The notes under the pieces: generated by a model
Told to the model about the DNA's origin: nothing
Databases searched by the model: none
The model's input: only the letters and a program-made list of their open reading frames with translations
Shown: positions 24,287 through 37,857 of the stretch, piece by piece
How the letters are laid out: the number at the start of each line of letters is the position of its first letter
How positions within the stretch are numbered: the first letter of the stretch is position 1
Program-made: the position numbers and the translations under genes
NCBI RefSeq assembly: GCF_036971445.1
Contig: NC_091469.1
Span: 317,688,001-317,752,000 of the forward strand
Length of the DNA: 64,000 nucleotides
Direction of reading: 5' to 3'
From: Narcine bancroftii
Taxonomy: Eukaryota

Positions 24287-25529
24287 GTAATTTTAATCAT
24301 GGTTATTTATTTTGCCGCGATTCACTCCCAGAGGCTTTTGCAGCTGCAGAGTTTTCACCTGGGCTCTCTGGAGGTTCGTTCCAACAGTAACTTTTATATT
24401 CCTATAACGCCTTGAAGTGGATCGGATGACTCTCGGCCCAATAGGTCAACGTGATGGGTTCAAGGGTCCTTTTATCATTACGTAATACAACGGTCCAGAC
24501 TTACGATGTCTAGAATTACGATATTTCGCAGTTTCAATGATCAGGACCTGCCTGCTCAAACTTACTCTTCTGGTTGTGTCCACGTTGAACTTTAACCTTG
24601 TCCGGTGGTACGTGCAACCTTTCTCCCTTCTGCCCACTCCTTGTGAGTTTGGAGCTACACCGCTCCCCATTCACTCCAGATCACCCCAGCGCCAGGTGTG
24701 CATTCTCCACCAGGATCACGGTGAGCCAAGGGGGCGGCTCAGCTCAGCCTTGTCGGGGGACCACCGTTGCCGGACTTTCCCTCCTCCTGGAGATGAAGGA
24801 AGGCTTTCCTCACCTTCCCGGCAGCGCCAGGGCTTCTGTGGAGGGACGTCACCAGGCGCTACGCCTGCAAGAGCTTTCACACAAGCACAATCCTACACCT
24901 GCAACCCCTGAGGCTGTCTCAATGGGAAACCCCTACTCTCGGGGCTGATTACTGTATGCTTATTTTTCATCTGTACAGGTAGACCTCGACTTGCAATTTT
25001 TTTGACTTACGATGGAAGTTCCGGATTGGAAGCTCATAAGGTGGGGTCTGCCTTATACATAAAAATGCAACAGGCATGATAACTTTCATCTTTTGTCTGC
25101 CATAAAACAAAGAGTTGGCATGAGCATTGGCCAGCCCCCCTCACAATGGGAGAAAGAGAAGCAAAAGAGTCCTTCAGAGTCATTGAGTGCCCGTGAATTT
25201 GCCTCCAGCGCTCCTGCAGCCTCTGCAACTGCAATACTCCTGCTCGATCTGGAATGAAACACGAAAGGCCCCACCCTCTCAAATTCCGGTTCCCATGCCT
25301 GTTTCCCGTGAGCCAGTCACCAACTGCCGCAGCCTTTGTGAGTCCTGTGTGGAATGCCGTGTGAGAAGCATAGAATCTTGGTATACTGGCAAGATGTGTG
25401 GAGAGATGGCACGTTACATTCGATGCATGGTCATTTAAGGCAGGGCCATATGTAGTTAGCATCTGATGCTTAAACCCATAATGTTGAGTACAAATGTTCC
25501 TGCAGATATTTTGATCAATGAAGCTGACA

Positions 25530-26670
25530 ACATGGTGGGATGAATGCATGGTCTGCAATCTGGTGATCTCGATACATAGACAATGTGGATCTGATAAGTA
25601 GATCCTTCCATTATACGTCGCTATTTACAAATTACATCAGTGATTTGAATGAGGGAACCCAGTTGATATACCCAAAGCAAAATGGGCAGGAATTTTGGCT
25701 ATATTCACGTTTGCAGATGATACAAAGCTGGGTAATAATGTGAGTTGAGTGGCTTTGTGTTAAGAATGGATAAATTAATGTAGGGTGGAAGAATCTGAGG
25801 ACATCCACCTTGATCATGAAATTGCAAACTGTTGGTGTGCTGAAGGATCTTGATCTCGAGTTACTCGAAGATAACCTCAGCAGCATCAGATCCCAATGTT
25901 TCAGGTAGGAATGCTTCATCCAGCCTTGACAATGGGTTCTGCCCGAAACATTGACCTTGGGCTCTACAATTCTTTCAACCCCAAAAGTTCAATCAACCCT
26001 CTCCCCGGCATTTTGTGGCCCCCCCTTTGACACCCTATCGACCCCCAGAGGTAAATATTGACCACAATGGAGACCCCTACTTTATTCCTGTTCTCTGTTT
26101 CCTTAAATTACATTTGTAACAAGAAGATTGAGAACAAGTGTATAGTATTGCAATTATATAGACTCCTAATGAGACTGCATTGTAGAATAATGTGTACAAG
26201 TCTAGCGTTTCTACCTAAAGTATTTGAGATTAAGGAACAACAAAGAAGGTTTACCAAATTTGTTACTCAGGTCAGGGGTGGGGGGGGGGGGCGGAGTCCT
26301 ATGAGGAGAAATTAAGAAGACTGAGCCTTTGTAGCCTCCTGAGTTTTGAAGAATGAGGAATGAAGAATGAAGAATTGGAATGCATAAAATCCTTCCATGA
26401 CTTCATCTGGCTGAGGTGATCAGAGTTAGTGATCATAGGGTTTGACCATTCTTTATTGAGACAAGAAGAAAGAGCTTCATCCAGAGGGGAGTGAACGTTT
26501 GGGACTCTGTTGCATAACTGAGGAGGTTCAGTTACTGGGTATATTGAAGTCGCAGTTTGATATATTGTTTGATATTGAGGGATATGAAGGTTGTGCAGGA
26601 AAGTCATGATCTTACTGAGTGGCAGAGTTGCCACAAAGGGCAAATGGCCTTCTGTTAGTATTTCTTTGTG
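25530..26670 (+). mobile_element. Decayed CR1 LINE 3' fragments
   Basis: tttgcagatgatacaaagctggg (FADDTKL) and LQLYRLLMRLH...QRRFTK motifs. Confidence 0.65.
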
Positions 26671-26877
26671 TAACCTCAGCGGCTAGTTACTGGCTTGAGA
26701 TTGGCACACTGATACTACTCTCAAGATACTTGAACTGATAACTTGTTAGTCTTGGAGATAACTCTGCCAATACAAGGAAATAAAAATGCAACGCTGGAGC
26801 AACTCGAAGGTTTATTTTATATAGCAAATATTTTGGGCTTGAGCCCTTCATGAGGGTACCTTTGCTATATAAAAGAC

Positions 26878-27013
26878 CGTGGCGACGCTATGGTGGGAAT
26901 ACAACTCCCAGAAGGCATCGAACCAGCCATGTGACATCAGTGCGGGATGACGTCACTCTAAAAACACCTTGTGTGGTTATTTCGTCGTGTCCACTGCGAT
27001 TCCAGTGACCACA
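26878..27013 (+). mobile_element. Short solo LTR-like insertion
   Basis: (c/t)GTGG...CCACA ends with 4-bp TSD AGAC (26874-26877 / 27014-27017), inserted into a hairpin-type short repeat. Confidence 0.6.
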
Positions 27014-27287
27014 AGACACTGTTTGACCTGCTGAATTGCTCAAGTGTTGTATCAACTACAACCATAGTGTCTGCAGACTTTTATGCTTTACTTTTCTATA
27101 TAAGCAGATGGCCAATAGGGTGCTTTGGGATTTTCACCATTCAATTTTAATTTTATATGTATTTTTAAAATGTACTTTTGTGTGGCCAGTTGAATTCTTT
27201 CAATTGCATTAAACAATTTTGAAATGTAAACTTGGATCTAAGGTTTGTTTTTCTTGTTTCAAGCTCAACTGGAATATTGAAATCACA

Positions 27288-27626
27288 ATGAATTATGATG
27301 TGGCAGCAAATGATTCATGCACTAGCCAAATGCATGCAGCAGAAGGAGTAAACAGCTGCCATCTGAGGAACAACAAAGTAACTGTAATATCTTCCAAATC
27401 TGATATCTCCTCACATGCAGCAGGGAACAGAGGAAGGATCCTTACCCCTGCAGAGGCAGAAAAGCTCGAGAAAGATCAGATTTTGGTATCTGATTATAAA
27501 CAGCAGAAGCTTGAAAGAGAGGCACAGAAAAATTGGGATTTGTTTTACAAGAGGAACAGTACCAACTTCTTCAAAGACAGACACTGGACAACCAGGGAGT
27601 TTGAAGAGCTGAAAGCTTGTAGAGAA
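27288..27626 (+). CDS. METTL6: METTL6 (tRNA N3-methylcytidine methyltransferase) first coding exon
   Basis: RILT..E.EKL..DQ.LVSDYKQQKLE.EAQKNWDLFYKRNSTNFFKDRHWTTREFEEL matches METTL6; GTAAGT donor. Start codon inferred as the first in-frame ATG after the acceptor at 27263. Confidence 0.93.
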
Positions 27627-30600
27627 GTAAGTAATGCTGAATAAATAAAATCCAGAGCACTGTTAAAATTTATCTAGCTCAGTTTCAGCAATTTGGTTGA
27701 TTTTAAATTACTCTGAAATGGCTTCGCTCGCCACTCTAATCAAAGGCAAAATTAGGAATGGTCAATAAATGGTGTCTTCGATAGTTGTGCTCCAATCCTG
27801 AGAACCAAATACATAAAAATATAATTTCCTGGGACTTGCTCCCTCACTTTAAAAAATATTCATTCAGTGGTCATTTAATTGCTCTTGAGAAGAGAGTGGT
27901 GAGCTGCCTTCTTTAACCTCTGCAGTCCTTCATATAAGGATATCTACACAGTGCTGTTAAGATTCAAGATTCAATTTATCATCATATAATATAAACACAA
28001 AAATGCTTTTGCCTTCTGTAAGGCAGACAGGTACACCATTTGCAGAAATTACCTGAAGTGCCTCTTGGTCAGAGAAAGAGAAGCAAAAGAGAGTTCTCCA
28101 CAGTCACCGAGTGTCTGTGGATTCACCTCTGGCGGTCCCACGGCCTCTGCAGCCACACAGAGTTCAGTCCAAACCATCGGCAACCGAGCTCCAGACCCCA
28201 ACCTCCAACATGATTAGGAATCCTTCAGTGCCCTCAGTTCCGATACCTGGTACCTCTTCAGCCAGTTTTGAGCCGTTCTCCAGCAGTACATAGCCTGGTT
28301 GTGAGTCCCTTGACTGCAGTCTCCAGCAGCCCGCAGCCTCCATGGGTTCCTCGCCTTGAGTCACCAATAGCTTGCTGCCACTTGTGTGTCCTTTCCTCTC
28401 AGGCCCCCCTCACTGGTCCACCGCCGTGGTCACTGTTCTGTGGGTCATCTCTGCTTCTCCTTCTCAGATAGGGGATGCTCTCCCCATTTTCTGGTGGTCT
28501 GCACCAGTCCTCCGCTTCCCTGGAGTCTGCTCGTGGCTGCTGCCAATCAGACGAGCCACCATTTTGGGCTTAGAAATAAAACAATTTTAAATAAAACCAT
28601 CGTCAGCTCATTTAACAGGCTGTTCAAAGCCTGTACGGAGCTGACATCAGTTGAACTGGATGGTTGGCCCTGTGGGAGCGCTGTGTCTCCGTTCCCTGTT
28701 CTCCATGGGTCTGCACCTGTGGCAGCTCAACCAATTTATTTGTTAGTGAGGGTTCCAAGATTTAACCCAACAAAGATGAAGCAATGGCAATATATTTCTA
28801 GGTCAGGATGATGTGTGGCTTGGAGGACAACTTCCAGGCACGACTTTTGCTGCCTTTTTCATTGGTAAAGTTTGTGGAATAGATGGTGCTGTCAAAGGAG
28901 TCTTGGTGAGTTGCTGCTGTATCTCCCGTTAATGGTATAAACTTCTGAGACTTACATGGTTGTGGATGAGCGGCCTATCATGCGGGCTTCTATGCCCATT
29001 GTGGTGTCAAGCTGTTTGAACATTGTTGAATCTGCACTCAGCCAACAAATGCAGGATATTGCTTCGTGCACATGAGTAGAGCCTTGTAGATGGTGGACAG
29101 TCTATGCAATTGAGAGGTAACTTACTTGCTAGTGTCTGACCTGCTCTTGTAGCCAAACTGCATGTGGATTCTACAGCTCAATTTCTGGCCAATGGCAAAC
29201 CCCCAGGATATTGATAGTGGGGGATTCAGTGATGGTACTATCATTTGAATGGAAGGGGGTGATAACTTTTTTTTTCTGTCGATGGATATCACCATTACCC
29301 TGGACTTGTGGTGTTCATTTAACTTGACACCTATCAGCTCAGGCCTGGACAATGAAGCAAAAGTATTGCAGGAACTCAGTGGGTTGAGTAGCATCAGTGG
29401 GAGAAAAAGAATTGCTGACATTTCTGGTCTGAGCCCTTCATCAGAAAGTAGCCTTTGCAATAGCTATTTGCATGAGGTCCTTTTCTATAGGTCAATCAAT
29501 CTTTCTCAATGAGGGGATCCAATCAGGAACATTGACAGTTCTTTTTTTCCCACTGATGCTGCTTGACCCATGGAGTTCCCCTAGCAGATTGTTTTTTGCT
29601 CCACATTCCAGAATCTGCCATCTCTTTTATCTCCAGACCTGGATATTTTCCTGGTCTTGGTGCATTTGGTTGTGGACTGCTTCGTAGTCACAAATGGTGC
29701 TGAACATTTTGAATAATCAGCAAATATCCCTATTTCTGATATGATCGAAGGAAGGTTGTCAATGAAGCAGCTGAAAATGGTTCAATCTCAGACATAACCG
29801 TAAGGAAGTCTTGCGGAGATATGCTGTGGCTGGGATGATTGCCCGCCAACCACCACAACCATCTTTGTGCTGGGTATGATTCCAAACATTGGTAGTTTTC
29901 ACCTATTGACTCCAGTTTAGTCAGGGCTCATGATACCAGGTCTGATCAAATGCTGCCTTGATGTAAAGAACAGTTGCTCTCACTTCACCTGTGGGATTTT
30001 TTTTATCCATGTTTAGGCCAAGGCTCTAATGAGGTCAGGAGCTGAATGACTTTGGCAGAACCCAAAATGACCTTCTGCGAGGAGACTGTTGTTAAGCAAG
30101 TGCTTCTCGGTAGCACCATTGATTATCCCTTTGTTGATCAAGAGGAGACTGCAGATGCAGGAATCTGGAGGAAAGAGTAAGTCGATAGTGGAATTCAGCA
30201 GATTAGATTGCATCTGCCGAGGGAAATGCAAAGTCAGTTGAGAACCTTCATCAAGACATCAGCTCTCCATTTCTTTCCACAGATGCTCCTGAGCCCACTG
30301 AGTTTCTCTCGTCATTGGCTGGGTTACAACATGTAGACACGACATTGTCGAGTAAATGCTGAACTATTGCTGCAATATTGTTAGGACGCATAGATTTTGC
30401 ACTATCCATTTGTAAGAGGTTGAAAATTGTCTATTGACAATGTAGAATTTTGCCTATTAATTTGGTTATCACCTTCTAAAGTAATTACTAATAAATGAGT
30501 CAAGATTTTCTTTAATACTATTTTCAGAAAACTGGATACCTTCGTGATGAAGTTCACAACTTCCCAGTGCTTTGTCAGGCCAAACTAGATGGTGCACAAA

Positions 30601-30639
30601 GTGTTTTTTTATTAAGCTAAATGTTCCATACTCTAACCA

Positions 30640-31500
30640 CCAAGATTGCTGTCTGGGTCAGTAGCAGAACATCGACCACTGTCACGCTGGGCACAGAGTT
30701 ATGTGCTCAGCCTCACGCTAGTGACCCACGACTGCGTCACCAGATCCAGCTCCAATAAAGTTATCAAGTTGACAGATGACACGACAGTCGCTGGCCTCAT
30801 CAGCAACAATGATTAATCACTCTACAGATATGGTGGTATGGTGCAAGAATAACAACCTGAGTCAACGTGGACAAGACGAAGGAGATGATTGTGGACTTCA
30901 GGAGGACCAGAAATGACCACCCTACACTACACATCAATAACTCAGTAGTGGAGAAAGTAGAGAGCACCAAGTTCCTTGGAATTCACTTAAATCTGGTGAC
31001 CTATCATGGACGCACAGCATCTCCTCACTTGTCAGGAAGGTGCAACAGTGACTACACTTCCTGAGAGGACTGGAGCGGACAAGGTACCCCTCTTCCCCTC
31101 CTCCGTCCCCTTCATCCACATGATCTACTAGGATCATTGTTGGAAGAGGATGCGTAAAACCATTCAGGACAGTTACCACTCGCACACAGCATCTTTCCAC
31201 TATTCCTGTCAGGGAAGAGATACAGGAGTATCGGAGCCAGCACCACCAGGCTGAGGAACAGCTTCTTCCCACAGGCAGTGAGAATGCTGAATGACCAAAT
31301 CTAATGCTAACCATCTGAGACTCTTATATTAACTAAGCAATATTTATTTTTTTAATCTTTATATATGTATACTTGTTCTGCGTTTGTATTATTTATCCGT
31401 ATATTGTGCTTCGCGTGCGCCTGCATGTTTTGCATCGAGGACTGGAGAGCGCTGTTTTGTTGGGTTGTACTTGATAATAAGCTTGAACTTTCCTCATCAC
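30640..31500 (+). mobile_element. Rex1/Babar-type LINE 3' fragment
   Basis: KTKEMIVDFRR..VESTKFLGIHL and TTRLRNSFFPQAVRMLN motifs. Confidence 0.8.
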
Positions 31501-31704
31501 TTGCTGCTCCTCAATTGATGAGCAGCTTCACATCTTTCAACTTTTCAGTCTGAAATGTTCTCGCCAAAATCCATCATATTTTCTTTATGTATCTGTTTAA
31601 TCATGTGCCTGGTTATCACTGAAATTGCTGGTGAAATCACTCCTTGTGTGAAGCTCATTGTATCATCGTGCTATGTTGATACTATTGCACATTCTGCTTT
31701 CCAG

Positions 31705-31839
31705 TGTGAACATCAGAAGCTGATCATTTTGGAAGCCGGTTGTGGAGTTGGAAACTCATTATTCCCTCTACTAGAATGCGATCTGAATATTTTTGTTTAT
31801 GCCTGCGACTTCTCTCCCCGAGCTATAGAATTTGTGAAG
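31705..31839 (+). CDS. METTL6: METTL6 coding exon 2 (SAM-binding LEAGCGVGN, YACDFSPRA)
   Basis: 135 nt, phase 0/0, ccag acceptor and GTACAG donor; class I methyltransferase motif I. Confidence 0.96.
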
Positions 31840-32652
31840 GTACAGTCAAAAACATTTAAAATTTTAAGACAAATATTTTTCACTTGCTCTGACATTTTTT
31901 AATCATTTCTGTTGAAGATTGTCAAGTGAAACATGTTAAATGTACGCTGGAGGTACCATTAGGAATAAACATTGTACAGATTATAAAAGATACTCATTTT
32001 GGGAAAGGGGTATTTTGCACTTTATCGTTAGTTCTTGATATTAACCTCTAGCCCTTTCTTAGGAGTGAGTGAGCCAGTGGGTTTAATACTGACTTCCCCA
32101 CAATCCCATGCTGTGGCTTTTGCTCCCCTCATCGCTAGAAGGGCCATTTGCTGAGATGGAAAGTTGCTGTCCCTCCCAGTCCAACTCAACGGTCATTGGA
32201 CGTGATGGCGTGTCCGTCTCTAGAAAAAAAATAGGTGTTCTACTACTGAAATGGATCTCAACTTCCTCTCACTTTGGGGTCCGTTTCTCAATGATTTTCA
32301 AAATTATACATTTTTTTTCTCTCAACCCCATTGTTATTAATATTATTAGTAGTGGACTCCTTGGCCAGAGGCCCTCATAGGGTGGGGCTAGAGTCTTAGT
32401 TTAGCAATATATAATTTTATTTATCTTTTTCCTTGTTTCCATTTTAATAATATACTTTGTTCACTGTGTTTTGATATATATAATTTGATATTAATTTACG
32501 TTATCATTATTACCATCTGTACCTATGTAATTTGTGTATGTTAAAACCAATAAAAAGATTGAAAAAGATTATACAATTCATGTTGGTGTAGATAAAAATG
32601 CAAGAACCTTAAAGCAAGAAGAGGAAATAAATTATTTGCATTGTTATATTAG

Positions 32653-33346
32653 AGGTGCCTAACCTTTTAATTCGAGATCGTTGGGAACAGACACCTGCCG
32701 TTGTTCGGAATCTTCCGGATTTCAGAATCATTTTGATTTCTGTTCCTTTAAGCCCACCTGAGTCACGCTGCCATCTCTTCCCCCCCCCCCACCACCACCG
32801 TCTGCCCTCGTCACGCTGCCGTCTCTCTTCCCACTCGGCTGCTCTCGTTGCGCTTCCATCTCTCCCCTCTCTCCCATCCCAAGTCGCGCTGCCGTCTCTC
32901 CCCCCTCCTCCCCGACCGCCTAAGACGCGCTGCCGTCTGTCCCTCTCGCCAAACTGGGTCAGGTTGCTGTCTCTCTCTCTCTCTTCCCTTCTGCCCCCCC
33001 ACTGTATCAGCGCCAGGAAAGCGGTTCCCTTCTCAGTTCCCCTGTGCTGGCGCTGGTCTGGTGGTTTCAGCTACATGGGGGATTATGGGTAGCGACGACG
33101 GCCATTGAGCTGCCGCCGGGCCGACTGAAAGCGCTGTGACGCTGGACGGGCATCAGTATAGGTCAGTCAGAGGTGCTTATAAAGTAGCGGAATGCAAAGG
33201 GATACACGAGAGTTGAGCTAGGGTCGTGTCAGGTCATGTTTGGTGCCAAATTCCATCTTTGATGAGCAGATGCTATCTACTGAAAAAAGTGCCGGTTTTT
33301 GGAGATTGCCGATTTTCAGAATTCCAGATAAAAGATTAGGCACCTG
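32653..33346. mobile_element. TIR-bounded non-autonomous DNA transposon (Tc1/Tigger-like)
   Basis: aggtgcctaa at the left end and ttaggcacct at the right end, with a GC-rich low-complexity interior. Confidence 0.55.
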
Positions 33347-33679
33347 CACTAGCTAAGAAAGGAAAACTCACCAAAGTACAATGAAATTACTTGAAAATAT
33401 TTTGGCTATTTTAATGGAAAAAAACATGACCTCTGTATTAATCACACCAAGATTCCACACATAGCAATGTTGGGACTGACTTTCAACTGAGTGCACATTT
33501 GCTATGTTAAGGCAAGCAATTTTTTCAAATCTCCAGATAATAATTATTTTAGACAGTAAGTACTGTAATTAAAGCTCAGCACCACGTTAACATCGGTCAC
33601 GATCACATATTATGTTATGGAGCACTATTGATGCGATCACATTGTTGTTCATCTATTGTAACGATTTCTGTTTTTAAAG

Positions 33680-33850
33680 CAAAATTACTTGCATGACACT
33701 GAACGATGTAAGGCCTTTCAGTGTGATCTGACAAAAGATGATTTACTGGAGAATGTACCTGCTGAATCTGTTGATGTTGCAATGTTGATTTTCGTGCTCT
33801 CTGCCATTCATCCTGAGAAGATGCAACTGGCCTTAGAAAATATTTATAAA
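33680..33850 (+). CDS. METTL6: METTL6 coding exon 3 (QNYLHDTERCKAFQCDLTKDDLL...IFVLSAIHPEKMQLALENIYK)
   Basis: Read manually; 171 nt with AG acceptor and GTAAGT donor. Confidence 0.96.
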
Positions 33851-34293
33851 GTAAGTATTTAGCAGCACAAAACTATAGTCTATACTGCAGTAGCATGGAA
33901 GGGTTAACTTGCAACATTTTTGGTCATTTTCTTTCAAATTGATAAAATGAAAGCCAATTATGTACATCCTGTTATCAGCTAGTTAGTCATTTTATAACTT
34001 GAACACTGCAATATAGATTTTGTTAATTCGACTAATTTATCCAAGAATTATGCACAAATTAATTTTTTGAAGTCATCAGTGGATATCATTGCTGTTCCAT
34101 GTTATAAGTTTATGATCATTGCACACCAAGCAGTATTATTTTAAAATGTTTCAGAATTTCCTAATTGTGTACTGTTGATTTAATTAGAATGTGCTCAATT
34201 TTGGTATAGATGATCAACCTCTTTTAAGTTTGGAAGGGCATCATGGTAAACAAATGACCAACTGTGACTTTGATTTTTGTTTATGTCTGACAG

Positions 34294-34435
34294 ATATTAA
34301 AACCAGGTGGATGTATCCTATTCAGAGATTATGGACTGTACGATCACGCCATGCTCAGATTCAAATCTGGCCATAAGCTTGGCCCAAACTTTTATGTTCG
34401 ACAAGATGGAACCCGGTCCTTCTATTTTTCTGATG
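34294..34435 (+). CDS. METTL6: METTL6 coding exon 4 ([24 protein letters not shown]...[15 protein letters not shown])
   Basis: 142 nt, cag acceptor, GTGAG donor; conserved FRDYGLYD and YVRQDGTRS motifs. Confidence 0.96.
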
Positions 34436-34999
34436 GTGAGCATTATTATTTGTTTATCTTCTTCACGGAATCTGTTAACCAGCACACTTCCATACGAAGT
34501 GCATACTCATCGGAGGCTTTACTTAAAATTACTATCAGCTGTACACCTAAAAAAACCTTCATCTGGTAGTCAGTTGTGCACAATGTTATTTTTCAATGTT
34601 CTATCAGCAGGTGTTGCAAGATGATAAACAGCTGCCGAGTTCCTCAGTAGTGTGGTGTCTGGAATGTTGGGGCTAATTGTGATGCCATCAATGTTGTCCT
34701 TGCCAACAGGGACACTATTGTATCTTGAGGCCCAGTCTAATTTGCAGGTACACATGTGACTGTGAAGTAAGGGAAGAGACTTTTCATCTTGGCCAATATT
34801 TAGCACTCAGTCAAAGCTATTAAGGCATATTATCAGAGTTGTTCTTTAGGAGTGTCAGAAAAAATGGTATGGTCATGTTACTGGACTATAATCCTGAGAT
34901 CTGTGTGTACAAAAGATCCAGAGGTAAATTTAAATCCTGCTCTAGCAGGTGCACAGATTAAATTTGGTTAATTAAATAAATATAATTTTAAAAATGGAT

Positions 35000-35257
35000 T
35001 GTGGCCGCTCACCCAAGCGCAGTTTGAACTGGCTTAGAAAGTCACGGGTGAACTGCTGACGTCAGCAACCGGGAGGGCTCTGACTGCGGGGCGAACCGCG
35101 GGCCAGAAGGTGACGTCATTTCCGACTCGTGGCATGCAAGGGTTCCTGGGAGGAATGTTTAAAATGCACGATTGTGTGGACAAGTAAACAGTTTTCCAAC
35201 TTGACTCCCCTCGAGTCAGACTACTCCTTTTTCTCGCTGCAACACAGCGCGACCACA
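35000..35257 (+). mobile_element. Solo LTR-like CpG-rich insertion in the last METTL6 intron
   Basis: TGTGG...CCACA ends, CpG-rich block in an AT-rich intron; no clear TSD. Confidence 0.5.
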
Positions 35258-37159
35258 CGTAGCTGTGATTCTGCTGGACTGTTTTTTTTTAATATTTATA
35301 AACTTTAGTGAAGGAAATTTGCAAATGTAAAACCTTACAAATTAGATGCAAGAGAAGCCTACTTGGCCCCTTAAGCCTGCTGCATCATTTAATAAGATGA
35401 TGACAGATTTTAATTCAAGTCCACATTTCTGTCTGACTATGGCAATCTTTCAGGCCCTTGCTACTTACAACGGCCTTAAAAATATTCAAGATTCTGCTTC
35501 CATTGCCCTTTGGAGAAAAGAGTTCGAAAGATTCACAATCTTTTGAGAGAGAAAAAAAAATCATCTAATTCCTGTCCTAAGTTTTGTATTTTTCAATGGA
35601 TCCCCAGCTCTAGATTCTCCTATAATGGGAAACAGCCTCTCCACGTTCAGCATATCACAGTCTCTCAGGATCTGATATGGTTGAATCCAATCACTTCTAA
35701 ACTCCAACAGGTTCTTGGAGAAATGTTAAAAAGGCAGATGCTATAAATTTGAAATAAAAGGGAGAAATGCTGGAAACACTCAGCGGGCCAGGCCGAACAG
35801 TGGAAAGAGAAACACGATTGACATATTGGGTTGAAGATCTTTTATCAGATTATTTTTAAATCTCAGATGCAAGCCAAGCTTTTCCATCTGTTCCACACAA
35901 GACAACCCATAAATTTCATGGATATTCTCTGAACTGGTTCCAGTGCATTAACATCCTTAAATAAGGAAACCAATTCTGTTCCAGGTGTGGTTTTGCCAGT
36001 AGCTTAGATAACTGAAATATTATCTAATTGCTTCTAAGTTTGGTTCCCGAGCATTAAACAACAGCAGTTTGTTCAGTTTCCTAATTACTTGCAGAATCTA
36101 CCCACTGGCCTTTTGCAAGTCTTGCGCAAGGACATTCAGATCCCTCAGGATATTCAAACTCTTTTACATTTTCTGCCAGAATTTCCACACTATACGATCT
36201 ATCTTTATCCACTCACTTAACCTTCATGGCGGAGGGGAGGGGTGGGGGGGAAATAAAGAAAATTAAAAATAAAGAAATAAAAAAAATTTAAAAAAACCTT
36301 CATGGCTTTCTTATGTTCTCTTTACAGCTTGTCTTCCTATTTATCTTTGCTTCATCCACATGTTAGAAACCATTGGCGTTGCCTTCATTTATTTAAAGCT
36401 CAGCACTGATCTCTGTGTAACAACGTCCACCAGTTGGTGCCAACCAGAAAAAACCCATTCGGATTTTTCTTTGGTTCTTATTAGGCAGCCACTACTATCC
36501 ATTCCAATATCTAGTGTATAGGATGAGCTTTTATCTTCTGCAATAACACAAACGGCAGACACAGTGGTGCATCTGGCAGTGCTGCTTCTTCACCCCTCTA
36601 GTGATTGGGATTCAATCAGACCTATGTCTATGTGAAGTGTGTATTTGCTCCCTGTGCTTGCCAAGGTTTTAATTTTCCTTCCAACACGGAAGGAGGCCCC
36701 TCAGCCTATCAAGTCTGTCGGCTCTCAGAGCTCACACATTAATCCCGTTTCCCTTTAAGTATTTTTTTTCTCTCACGTGCCAGCAAACTCCCTTTAATTT
36801 ACTTGCTACTCTTCGCTGCAGGCAATTTGCAACAGCCATTTAGTCCACCTGCCATTGGCATCCCTGTGCACATCTTGTTCTGTCGGTTGCAGTAGCACCG
36901 TGACATACAGTCTGCACTAAGTGGTGCTTAGAAACCTAGATATGGAATTTTTACTTCTTAAAATAGTAAAAGCATTATGCTTTATGTGGTCATTGAAGCC
37001 TACTGCTGTTTACCAACTGCTACCTTGAGCCAAGGAAGCATTAGTTGGAAGAAGCATTAAACACAGTAAAGGAATTGAAATACGTAAAGCTTTATTACAT
37101 GGGACTCTTATTTTTGTTTATATTACTTTTTAAAATAATTGTGTCCATTTTTACTGCAG

Positions 37160-37338
37160 AATATGTGGCTCAGCTCCTGACTTCCGCCGGTTATGAGATA
37201 TTGGTTAATGAATACATTTTCCGAGAGACCATTAATAAGAAAGAAGGTCTGTGTGTTCCAAGAGTGTTTCTTCAGTGCAAGTTTAAGAAGTCAAACCGAA
37301 AGCTGAACACATGTAACCCAAGTGATTCCAATTCTTGA
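37160..37338 (+). CDS. METTL6: METTL6 last coding exon (EYVAQLL...RETINKKEGLCVPRVFLQCKF...stop)
   Basis: ctgcag acceptor, phase 1 matches the previous exon, conserved NKKEGLCVPRVFLQ, TGA at 37336-37338. Confidence 0.95.
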
Positions 37339-37851
37339 TTTTTAAAATGATGTGATATTTCATTTAGGCCAATTTTTGTTGAGTGACGCGCAGTGACAGC
37401 CCAGCACCTGACATGGTGTTTTAGAAATCCACTGTTGGAGGCAGGAATGAACTTTGGAATTTTGTATGTGTTTGCTGAGTGAGAGGATCGGTGTTGCCCA
37501 ACACAACTGAAGCAAAGCTGGAGGACTGAGTAGCTCTAAGATTCTATATGATGGCTGACTCAAGGCAACACTTACTGAATTTATGGGAGAGAATTATGTT
37601 GTAGATATTTCAAAAAATTTAAAACAAATTATACATATTCCAAGATGATTGCGATTTCAGGAAATATTCTAAGTTTCTATTTATATCACTTTGATAAAGC
37701 ATAAAACAATTTCCAAACTTTCCTGGTACAATACTTGGTGACATTTCTTTCCATGAATTATCTTTTAAAAATGTACATTTCATTCACTTTTAAATTAAAC
37801 ATTTGTTAGTTCTTGTTAATTGCCAAAACATTAAAAAACTTATAAACAAGT

Positions 37852-37857
37852 AATAAA
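37852..37857 (+). terminator. Candidate METTL6 polyadenylation signal AATAAA
   Basis: AATAAA ~510 nt after the stop, in AT-rich 3' sequence followed by GT/T-rich bases; not verified. Confidence 0.4.

Larger units (their letters stand above)
23480..24300. promoter_or_regulatory. CpG island / bidirectional promoter of EAF1 (-) and METTL6 (+)
   Basis: GC- and CpG-rich island between divergent genes. NRF1-like GCGCAGGCGC at 24132-24141 and 24240-24249, ETS-like CTTCCGG at 24249-24255, GC box GGGGCGGAG at ~24211. Confidence 0.85.
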
